A stretch of 64,000 nt of DNA from assembly GCA_963803805.1 (NCBI GenBank), contig CAWDOD010000005.1, forward strand, positions 1 to 64,000, written 5' to 3'. The translations under genes and the position numbers were made by a program. The notes under the pieces are model-generated. The model was not told where the DNA came from. It worked only from the letters and a program-made list of their open reading frames with translations, and searched no databases. Positions 40,651 through 49,936 of this stretch are shown one piece after another. Position 1 is the first letter of the stretch. Each line of letters opens with the position of its first letter. The DNA is from an uncultured cyanobacterium (GTDB lineage: Bacteria > Cyanobacteriota > Cyanobacteriia > Cyanobacteriales > CAWCAG01).

Positions 40651-43600
40651 CTACGAAAGCACTGCCACAAGTGCTACTGGGATTGGGAGAAAATACTTTT
40701 TCTTAGTAAGTCCTCCAAGCTGTCTAGATTTATTCAACCACTGGACAAGCTGTTTACTTGCATCTTTTGTTTTCTTAAGGACATGAGTTTCTAAAGATGT
40801 TGAACTTTTTCCAAGAGCGTCTTTCTCCAACAAAGAAATTAACTCATAAACTTCTTTCGCTGATGCACCTTGAGAATTTATAGGTTGGGACAAGTCGCTA
40901 CTGAAGGCATAAAAACTTAAGTAAGAATCAGTACTGGCTGACTGATTTTCTACTTCACGGAGCGGATGAGTGGTAAATAAAAGATAATGAGCATCTCGCA
41001 GATTAGGAAATTTCTCATACAACTGATTTGCTGAGATTGTAGTAAAGTCTGCCTTGCGCTGTCGAGCTAAAGAATAAGCAAGGCGACCGATTGGATCAGA
41101 CTTGTGAATTGGTCGATGCTTTATGACTCCTTTCCATTCTTTTTCATGCCAGGGATAAAGACCTGCGAGTCGAATATCTTCTTCATCTCTGCCAAAAACC
41201 TTAAATTCTGGATCGAATGTGAATTTCCTATTACGAATGATAGCAATCTTGGCTTGGGCAGTTTCCTTTGCTGTGCCTTCATCATGAAATACAGGACGGC
41301 TCCACTCCTTAGTGCTAAACGTAAGTCCATGTTTCTGAGCGACACTAGGTAATCCTAGTTCCATCCATATTTCAAGCCGTTTCGCCAGTTCTTCACGGCT
41401 AATCACCCATTGTTCATCAAGTCGTGTTTTAAGCTCCCCTAGTTTTTCTTCCATGTCTTTTCGATCAGTGTCAGCTTGTTTGAGGATATCGTCAATCAGT
41501 GAAAATTTTTCTTCTTCAATATCCTGAAAAATTCTCTCCTCCTGTTCTTTACTGAGAGAACCAAGAATTTTTAGACGCATTCTTTCATCTGTAATACCAA
41601 GTTGAGTGAAGCGATTAACTAATGCTTGCTCTCGTCTTTCTTCATGGGTTCCAGCAATAATTAAGTAATAAGCTGTAACATCTGAAACTTGTCCTAGCCG
41701 AGCGACACGACCATTCCGTTGCATCAAAACTGCTGGATTTGGACTTAAATCCCAATGGATGACACGGTTTGCAACTTGAAAATCAAACCCTTCATCTGCG
41801 GCTGAGGTTGCTACTAAAACCCTTATAGAAGAATTCTCTTTACTTACGCCGCGCAACCTAGCAACAACCTCTTCTCTCTGAGCTAAGTTCATACTTCCAG
41901 TCAATTTTTCACTTTCCCCAGGAAGAGCTTTAATAATAATCTCGCAGGTCTGTAGGCTCTCGGTAAAAACGAGGAACTTTGACTTGGGATATTTTGCTAA
42001 AGTTTCTTTTAGCCAAGTGAGTTTAGCATTCTCTACTCCAGAATCTGCAAAGTCAAGTAAATTTAGCCCAAGTTCAGTCAAGTCTAGAATTTCATGGCTA
42101 TCTGCAAGAAAAGTTTCCTCATCTTCTTCACTTCCCCGAAGCTTTTTATTGAAATCGTAAATTTCATTTATCGCGTTTTTCTTCTTGGCTGTATTTGGTT
42201 GTCCTACTTTCCCTGCTTTAAAGGCAAAGTTATCGCTGGGAAAGGAAACATCTACGTGTCCGGATTTATTACTTTCATCATAAGCAGCAAGCTTTTGAGA
42301 AATTCCTTTAATTAGCTTCCGAAGATTTTCTGTACTTGGGGATAAATCTTTTCTATACTCATCTTGCGTTTTCCACTTCTGATGTCTTACACACCAACGG
42401 AAAAGCCACATTGCACCAGTAATAGTGCTGCTAGTCAATCTTGTTTCAAGTTGCCGAATTGCAAATCCACCAAAACTTTCACCGTTATTATTGCAAATCT
42501 CTTTAACTTTTTCTCGAATACCTTTGATCAGTTGTAAATACTCTTCGCTTGCTTCAAGAGGTGGGCGCTCAATCGTTAGTTTAGGAAATAAACGCTTCTC
42601 TGACCAGCTACGGACATCATCTTGTTGCCGCCAAACCACTGCTGTAGATGAGTCATCAGAACCTAAAACTGGTAAAAGCTTTTTGTCAGTAATCTCAGAA
42701 GAATATGCGTTCTCAATCTCTCTGGTTTTATGGGTTAGAAGGCGTAAAAGATTTATGAATTGAGGTTTAGAACGAAATGGAGTAGCACTCATAAAAATTA
42801 CTAGTTTAGGAGGAGCGGAGTCTTGCCAAAATTCTCCGGTAATCATTTGATAAGCAGCCTCATAAGCTCTTGTAGTTGCTTTTAATCCAATACGTTGTGG
42901 ACTACTTAGTTCATCTTCACTCGCACAATGATGTGCTTCATCAATAATCAAGACTTCTGGGCTAACTCCCTCAAGCAACTTATTTTTCTTTACTTTTTTT
43001 ACATAACGTCTCGCCGCATCCATACTGGCAATATGAATACCGTTAGTACGAGCGCCATACTCAATAAAAGTTCTCTCTACTTGAACAATCTCTTCACCAT
43101 TTACACCAGGGATAACTGACTGAAGCTTTAATCTAACATCATCTAACAGTCCTCCCTTTGTTAGATAGAGACAACGAAGAGGCTTAGAATAACCCTGGGC
43201 GATAAGCAAATCTCTTAATATTAAACCCACCTCAATTGTTTTTCCGAGTCCAACCTCGTCAGCAATAAGGAGGCGTTGAACTTGTTTTTGATTTGCCTTC
43301 ATATACTGCTGTAGTGACAATTGGTGAGGAAAAGGATTCTTTATCACTAGCCGTAATTCGACCTGAAAAGATATTGGCAAGTAGTTCTAATGACCCAAGA
43401 CGCATAACTGTATCAATTTGAAATTCCGGATTTAAGTCTTTTTCTTCAAGTACGCTTCCTCCAGGAATGTACTCTTTCTCTAACATTTGCTCGATACTAA
43501 AGTTGTTAGACAGTTCTTCCCAGTTGCGAAAGCTACTGAATTGAACTCCCCGACGCTTGGTTAATTCATTTGATTCAGCGAGAGAGCCAATGGTAAAGGC

Positions 43601-43702
43601 ATAGTGGGAATAAGCTGGTGCGCTTGGATTCTCTGGATCTGCTAGAACTAGATCTGCATAACAATTTTTGAAGGAAGGAATCTCAAACAAACGATATGGC
43701 AT
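40651..43702 (-). pseudogene. SNF2/RapA-like SF2 helicase of about 1016 aa with a single +1 frameshift near 43336
   Basis: ADEVGLGKT, IIDEAHH, SATP and QRNGRVARLGQ motifs. The upstream ORF (MPYRLFEI... from ATG 43702) joins the helicase frame if one base in GAT AAA GAA [T] CCT TTT CCT CAC is removed. Confidence 0.8.
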
Positions 43703-44022
43703 AATTTTTGATTCTATTCTTAGGTAGTCTTGGCTAGGTATACCTATACTAGCATACCTAAAAAACAAATAGTACCAATTCTCTAAATGAGGGTTAACTA
43801 TAAACAGCTTTTAGTCGCCACACTCTCTTAATCTATGTGTAGTCTTCTTTTTTTGAATTGGTATAAAATGTCTTATAAATATATTTGTACTTAAGGTGGC
43901 TTAATAGCTTCTTGAAACGCCATAAAAAAAATTCATCAAATTCTCGCGAACTAAAGTAGAAGCTTAGTTAGCAAGAGAAATAGGGTTTGTCGATTTATGT
44001 AGAGTGCAATCGCACTATTTTG

Positions 44023-44082
44023 CTAAGCATACAAAAGCTGATTGCAGACTTCATCTGTGTAGAGTGAGGCAAAGATTTTCAT
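44023..44082 (-). pseudogene. Collapsed DUF5615/PIN-like toxin (19 codons)
   Basis: ATGA overlap with the DUF433 stop; reads MKIFASLYTDEVCNQLLYA*, resembling a family N-terminus (LYTDE) fused to a family C-terminus (NQLLY). Confidence 0.6.
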
Positions 44083-44372
44083 TCTGCTTCTAAAGCTTTA
44101 CGGACTGCGGGATGAATAAGATTATCAGGTATGCGATTTTGCTCAATATATTCATTAATTTCAGCGTGATTATCCAAATAGAAACTTAAGCTATCAAATA
44201 CTTGGGCTAAAGTAAGCTGAGGATACTGAGTAGGAATTTCTTCGACGGGAGTACCCAGCCGCCACAAACCAACAATGGCACGTACAGGTATGCGAGAACC
44301 AAAAATAATCGGTTCACCGCTTAAGATATCTTGGTTGCGAGTGACGTATCGTGAGGTGGCTTTTGTCGTCAT
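44079..44372 (-). CDS. DUF433 family antitoxin (VapB45-like)
   Basis: ILSGEPIIFGSRIPV...YPQLTLAQVFDSLSFYLDN motif. Confidence 0.9.
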   Translation of the reverse strand: MTTKATSRYVTRNQDILSGEPIIFGSRIPVRAIVGLWRLGTPVEEIPTQYPQLTLAQVFDSLSFYLDNHAEINEYIEQNRIPDNLIHPAVRKALEAE

Positions 44373-44533
44373 TAATGAAACCCAAGGATGAATATAGTTT
44401 TTATTTTAGAGGCAGAAACTATTGAATGGGACTATTAATGAAGGCGATCGCGCTCTTGGGAAAAAATGACCTAAAATTGGATCAAAAGGTGAACGAGTAA
44501 TCTTTAGTCAATAAAGTATTAGCTTTAAACATA

Positions 44534-45166
44534 ATGACTACAATACTTTCAGCCCAAGCCGTTAACCTCCGAGACTTAATCAATAACTTTAGCATTGAGT
44601 TGGTTGAAGATGAGCAATTTTTCCTGGAATGGCAGATCAACCTACCAGAAATTAGTACTATAGAGCAACAACTTTTAGATAAAGTTAAAGCTGGTTACAT
44701 AAATCTGCTTAACTATCCGCCTCTTTTAGAAGATGTGGTTAAGATGACAGTCTTAGATCCGTTATTATTTATTGCTGATTTTTATCTCAAACCTTTTTAC
44801 GTTAAAGCAGAAGAATCTATTGAGATTAGTTCAGAAGATGATGGAGTGATTGTCAAAGGTAGAATTGATACCCTAGTGCTAAAAGAGCAATTTTGGGTAA
44901 TGGCCATTGAGTCGAAGAAAGCTTCTTTTTCTATTGAAGAAGGGTTAGCCCAAATTTTGGCTTATATGCTGGGCAATCCTCACTCCCATCAACCTAGTTA
45001 TGGCATGATTACCACTGGCGGTAGCTTTGTTTTTATTAAATTAGTGAAAACTGATAAACCCCGTTACGCCTTATCCAAAGTTTTCATTACTCGCGATCCA
45101 GGAGAAAATGCTTTGTATCAAGTTTTGCGTATTCTGAAAAGTTTGAGTGGAAGAGAATTTAATTAA
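44534..45166 (+). CDS. HsdR N-terminal-like stand-alone PD-(D/E)XK nuclease-fold protein
   Basis: GRIDTLV...AIESKK...QILAYM...GMITTG pattern. Confidence 0.75.
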   Translation: MTTILSAQAVNLRDLINNFSIELVEDEQFFLEWQINLPEISTIEQQLLDKVKAGYINLLNYPPLLEDVVKMTVLDPLLFIADFYLKPFYVKAEESIEISSEDDGVIVKGRIDTLVLKEQFWVMAIESKKASFSIEEGLAQILAYMLGNPHSHQPSYGMITTGGSFVFIKLVKTDKPRYALSKVFITRDPGENALYQVLRILKSLSGREFN

Positions 45167-45326
45167 GACGCAATAAGGTAAACCAATAGCTTGGCTTGCC
45201 CCCTCTAAGTTACGCAATAAAGTATCTTCAAAGATTTTCTTTTGCTGCTGTAGGCTTTTTTTTATATAGTTAGGGTAGCGTGTAATAGTACTATTGCCAA
45301 TATCTCAATTATCCTGAAAACTAACA

Positions 45327-48194
45327 GTGACAGAAGCTAAAAGTTACAAAGATACCGTCAATTTGCCCCAAACCACATTTAATATGCGGGCTAACGCTGT
45401 TAAGCGGGAACCGGAATTGCAAAAATTTTGGTCTGACAATCAGATTTACGAAAAACTGTCCCAGGATAATCCCGGAGATATTTTCATTTTGCATGACGGC
45501 CCTCCTTATGCTAACGGAGATTTGCATATGGGTCATGCTTTAAATAAAGTACTTAAAGATATTATCAACAAATATAAATTATTGCGGGGCTATAAAGCCC
45601 GTTATGTTCCTGGTTGGGACTGTCACGGTTTGCCCATTGAGTTGAAAGTTCTACAAAAAATGAAATCTGAGGTGAGGAAGAATCTTACCCCCTTGAAATT
45701 GCGCTACAAAGCGCGGGATTTCGCTTTAAAAACTATTGAGAAACAAAAGGTTGGTTTTAAGCGCTTTGGGGTTTGGGGAGAATGGGAAAACCCTTACTTA
45801 ACGTTATCTCCAGAATACGAAGCGGCCCAAATTGGTGTTTTTGGGCAGATGGTTTTGAAAGGTTATATTTACCGGGGTTTGAAACCTGTACATTGGAGTC
45901 CCAGTTCCCGTACTGCCCTAGCGGAAGCAGAGTTAGAATATCCCGAAGGGCATACCTCCCGCAGTATCTACGTTGCTTTCTCGGTAACAGGTTTAGGAGA
46001 GGGTGCAAAAGAAGTTTTAGGTCAATTTTCACCTAACCTCAGTGTGGCGATTTGGACAACCACTCCTTGGACAATTCCTGGTAATTTGGGGGTGGCAGTA
46101 AATCCGAAGCTTACCTATGGAGTGGTTGAAGATGCAGCAGGGAAGTATTTTATAGTGGCCGCAGATTTAGTTGAACAGTTAGCTACAACCCTAGAAACTG
46201 ATTTAACCCTTAAAGCGACTCTCTCCGGTGCAGCATTAGAACATACAAAGTATCGTCATCCTTTATTTGATCGCGAAAGTGAAGTTCTCATTGGTGGTGA
46301 CTACATTACCACTGCATCTGGTACAGGCTTAGTCCATACCGCCCCTGGACATGGTAGCGATGACTATATTGTGGGGCAACGTTATGGTTTACCTGTGCTT
46401 TCCCCTGTGGATGATGCAGGGAACTTAACAGCAGAAGCAGGGCAGTTTGCTGGGTTAAATGTACTTAAGGATGCAAACGCTGCAATCATCACTGCTTTAA
46501 CAGAAGCAGGGGCTTTGTTAAAAGAAGAAGCCTACGTTCATAAATATCCTTATGATTGGCGTACTAAAAAACCAACCATCTTCCGGGCAACAGAACAGTG
46601 GTTTGCTTCAGTAGCGGGGTTTCGGGATGCTGCTTTAGAGGAAATTACCAAGGTTAATTGGATTCCAGCTAAGGGGGAGAAACGGATTACTCCCATGGTT
46701 GCAGAACGTTCCGATTGGTGTATTTCCCGGCAACGTAGTTGGGGTGTTCCTATTCCTGTATTTTACGATGAGGAGAGTAACGAAGCTTTATTAAATGAAG
46801 AAACTATCTCCCACATTCAAGCAATTATTGCAGAGAAGGGTTCTGATGCTTGGTGGCAACTTTCTGTAGAGGAACTTTTACCAGAAAAGTACCGCAACAA
46901 CGGGCGTAGTTACCGCAAGGGAACAGACACCATGGATGTTTGGTTTGACTCTGGATCATCCTGGGCTGCTGTGGCAAAGCAAAGGGATAATTTAACCTAT
47001 CCTGTGGATATTTACTTGGAAGGTTCCGATCAACATCGTGGTTGGTTCCAATCCAGCTTATTAACTAGCGTTGCAGTTAACGATTGCGCCCCCTACAAGA
47101 CTGTTTTAACCCACGGTTTTACCTTGGATGAAAAGGGTGTAAAAATGAGTAAATCTCAAGGTAATGGTATTGATCCCTTAGTAATTATCAATGGTGGAAA
47201 AAACCAGAAACAAGAACCTGCTTACGGGGCAGATGTGTTGCGGTTGTGGGTTTCTTCTACGGATTATTCTACTGATGTCACTTTTGGCCCCAATATAGTT
47301 AAGCAATTAGCTGATGTTTATCGTAAAATTCGCAATACAGCGAGGTTTCTTTTAGGTAACTTACATGATTTCGATTCGACAAAAGATACAGTTGCTTATG
47401 CAGACTTGCCAGAATTAGATCAATATATGCTGCATCGCATTACAGAAGTATTTAACGATGTAACAGATGCCTTTGAAAGTTTCCAATTCTTCCGCTTCTT
47501 CCAAACAGTGCAAAACTTTTGTGTTGTAGATCTTTCCAACTTCTACCTCGACATTGCTAAAGATCGGTTGTACATTTCTTACCCCGACTCTCCCCGCCGT
47601 CGCAGTTGCCAAACAGTTTTAGCTGTAGCTTTGGAAAATTTAGCCTCCGCGATCGCACCGGTTATGTGTCATATGGCAGAAGATATTTGGCAGTCTTTCC
47701 CTTACAAAACTCCTACCGAATCAGTATTTGCTTCCGGTTGGGTAAAGTTAAAAGATGAGTGGCAAAAACCAGAATTAGCTCAAACTTGGACAACCTTAAG
47801 GGAAATTCGCAACGAGGTTAATAAAGTGATGGAACAAGCTAGGGTAGAAAAAGTGATTGGTTCTTCCCTTGAAGCAAAAGTTTTGTTGTATATTGCTGAT
47901 GAGGAATTGCGGAATCGCCTAGCTATATTTAACCCCAAGGACAGTTTAGGAGAAAATCGCATTGATGCCTTGCGTTATCTCCTCCTTGCTTCCCAGGTAG
48001 AGTTGTTAGGTAGCCCTCAAAAGGCGCAAGAAGCTGAATATAACGCCCAAGTTGAAGGAATGACTATCGGCGTTGTTAAAGCTGAGGGGGAAAAATGCGA
48101 TCGCTGTTGGAATTATGCAACTGAGGTAGGAAAAATTAAAGCACATCCTACTATTTGTGAACGTTGCGATGCTGCTTTAAAAGAGGAATTTTAG
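45327..48194 (+). CDS. ileS: Isoleucine--tRNA ligase
   Basis: HDGPPYANG..HMGH, WTTTPWT, KMSKS and a C-terminal CxxC zinc finger. Confidence 0.98.
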   Translation: MTEAKSYKDTVNLPQTTFNMRANAVKREPELQKFWSDNQIYEKLSQDNPGDIFILHDGPPYANGDLHMGHALNKVLKDIINKYKLLRGYKARYVPGWDCHGLPIELKVLQKMKSEVRKNLTPLKLRYKARDFALKTIEKQKVGFKRFGVWGEWENPYLTLSPEYEAAQIGVFGQMVLKGYIYRGLKPVHWSPSSRTALAEAELEYPEGHTSRSIYVAFSVTGLGEGAKEVLGQFSPNLSVAIWTTTPWTIPGNLGVAVNPKLTYGVVEDAAGKYFIVAADLVEQLATTLETDLTLKATLSGAALEHTKYRHPLFDRESEVLIGGDYITTASGTGLVHTAPGHGSDDYIVGQRYGLPVLSPVDDAGNLTAEAGQFAGLNVLKDANAAIITALTEAGALLKEEAYVHKYPYDWRTKKPTIFRATEQWFASVAGFRDAALEEITKVNWIPAKGEKRITPMVAERSDWCISRQRSWGVPIPVFYDEESNEALLNEETISHIQAIIAEKGSDAWWQLSVEELLPEKYRNNGRSYRKGTDTMDVWFDSGSSWAAVAKQRDNLTYPVDIYLEGSDQHRGWFQSSLLTSVAVNDCAPYKTVLTHGFTLDEKGVKMSKSQGNGIDPLVIINGGKNQKQEPAYGADVLRLWVSSTDYSTDVTFGPNIVKQLADVYRKIRNTARFLLGNLHDFDSTKDTVAYADLPELDQYMLHRITEVFNDVTDAFESFQFFRFFQTVQNFCVVDLSNFYLDIAKDRLYISYPDSPRRRSCQTVLAVALENLASAIAPVMCHMAEDIWQSFPYKTPTESVFASGWVKLKDEWQKPELAQTWTTLREIRNEVNKVMEQARVEKVIGSSLEAKVLLYIADEELRNRLAIFNPKDSLGENRIDALRYLLLASQVELLGSPQKAQEAEYNAQVEGMTIGVVKAEGEKCDRCWNYATEVGKIKAHPTICERCDAALKEEF

Positions 48195-48220
48195 AACCCT
48201 AATATAGAGGGGTAATTCCC

Positions 48221-48889
48221 TTACCAATGAATTTGACTCAAAATATACTGCAAACGATCATAGTCATCTTTAAGAAGTAAACTCAATGTTCTCCCTGCCT
48301 TAATTAACCACTGACGATCTCCTTGGCGTAAGCGATAAATTGCTCGTATCGCCGCAGCAGCTAAAGACTCTACAGGTACGCCTTGAACAGCTAATAAAGT
48401 TCTTAGGAAATCGAGATTTTCGCTAAAGTGGATAACTTCTTCATCTTCACATTGATAAACTGCTTGGTGAATTTGAGGGGGGCGTGGGGGTAAATATTGA
48501 TAAACTTTGCCACTACTACCATTGTTAGCATGACCGAAAGATTGTGGTACTTCAAAGCCGACAATTGCTGAGCGAAACTCGGTTTTGAGCATGGCAAAAA
48601 TCTGAGGTTGTTGCTCTCGCAACTCCTCTAAAGATAATCCTAAAGCCCTGGCACGATGGACAGAATCAATGGGGCTGGTGGTAGCGTGAATCACAACCGC
48701 TAACACTTTATTACCTGACTCTTCATCCCTAGATTTAACCCAACTACCAAAAGGAGGCATAACCGGAAAACTCAACTCTTCTGGCTCTAAACATTGAGCG
48801 AGAAATTCTGTGGTGGCAGTTTCGATTACCTCTGCTATGTAGTCATCGGGGCGATTATCAGTGGCAAATTGAGGTAAGGGAAGGCGCAT
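48221..48889 (-). CDS. HAS-barrel domain protein
   Basis: AEVIETATTEFLAQC...PPFGSWV...YLPPRPPQIHQAVY, a conserved cyanobacterial family. Confidence 0.75.
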   Translation of the reverse strand: MRLPLPQFATDNRPDDYIAEVIETATTEFLAQCLEPEELSFPVMPPFGSWVKSRDEESGNKVLAVVIHATTSPIDSVHRARALGLSLEELREQQPQIFAMLKTEFRSAIVGFEVPQSFGHANNGSSGKVYQYLPPRPPQIHQAVYQCEDEEVIHFSENLDFLRTLLAVQGVPVESLAAAAIRAIYRLRQGDRQWLIKAGRTLSLLLKDDYDRLQYILSQIHW

Positions 48890-49039
48890 AACAAGTTAAA
48901 AGTCAAAAGGATGCAATTAATACTCTGTCAATTCATCTTTCAATTGATGGGTTAAGGCTTAGGGGTTAAGGATAATCCTCTGCTCAAAAAAGTAACCCCT
49001 AAATTTGCTAGCAACTAGCGATTAGCCATTAGTAAACAG

Positions 49040-49231
49040 CTAGTTTTTCTTTCCTTTCCTTAAATCCACAGACTCTAACTCAACAAGCTTAAAGGTAACG
49101 AGTTTATCCCAATTACCATCTTCAAATAAAACCGCAGCCTTATTATCGCTAACTCGTTGCACTATACCTTGAAATTGGAAATAAGTATCTTCAGAATTAG
49201 TAACGCGAACTGTAGCCCCAGGAAGAATCAT
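49040..49231 (-). CDS. ndhS: NDH-1 subunit NdhS
   Basis: [10 protein letters not shown]...[31 protein letters not shown]. Confidence 0.93.
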   Translation of the reverse strand: MILPGATVRVTNSEDTYFQFQGIVQRVSDNKAAVLFEDGNWDKLVTFKLVELESVDLRKGKKN

Positions 49232-49373
49232 AGTCTTAAAATTTCAATTATAAGTTTGTCATTAGATTTAGGATAGCATCGTCTTTGGTTCGGATATCCT
49301 TCCTTTTTGTTGCCCCGCAAATATTTCTAGAACCTTCAAAATGGAGTTATAACTCTTAAATCCAAATTTAACT

Positions 49374-49769
49374 ATGAACTCTACAACCCAAACTATTAAC
49401 CACAGTAAAGAATCGTGGTATTCTCAAGGTCTAAAATGTTGCGTAGCAGGTCAATTCACAGAAGCGATCGCAGCGTTTAACCAAGTTATTTCCATGGACT
49501 CTCAATTGAGCCCAGCTTGGAATAATCAAGGTAATGCTTTATCAGCACTAAAACAATACGGCAATGCCCTTGCTGCTTATGATCGTGCTGTTGCCCTTGC
49601 TCCTCAATATCATCAAGCTTGGTTTAATCGAGGGCAGCTATTCGAGGAAATGGGAGCTTATGGTAATGCTCAGGAGTGTTATCAAAAGGCGATCGCAATT
49701 TCTCCTGATCCCGTTTATCTTCATGCTAGGGAGGGGATTTTGCTTAATAAGAAGTTGTACCAAGTTTAA
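49374..49769 (+). CDS. Small TPR protein
   Basis: AWNNQGNAL and AWFNRGQL TPR units. Confidence 0.85.
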   Translation: MNSTTQTINHSKESWYSQGLKCCVAGQFTEAIAAFNQVISMDSQLSPAWNNQGNALSALKQYGNALAAYDRAVALAPQYHQAWFNRGQLFEEMGAYGNAQECYQKAIAISPDPVYLHAREGILLNKKLYQV

Positions 49770-49936
49770 GCAAATACCACATTGAGAGAACTAATACCCT
49801 CACCTAATCTGTCGAATATTTGCTACAAAATTAGGTAATCAGACGAAAAAGTGATTCGTTTATAGCGCTGTTTTTTCTGAAAATTGTTAATAATAAAGAA
49901 AGAGCTACTTTCGACTTCTGCGAAGCAGTATAAGCC

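Noticed and set aside
40651..43702. Dpd (7-deazaguanine DNA modification) system from the helicase plus the QueD-like gene
   Set aside because: The genes are more than 20 kb apart, no dpdA/B/C is seen, and the QueD-like gene sits among core genes
48221..48889. HAS-barrel gene as part of a HerA-NurA defence system
   Set aside because: No HerA or NurA in the window; it is flanked by ileS and ndhS like a core gene
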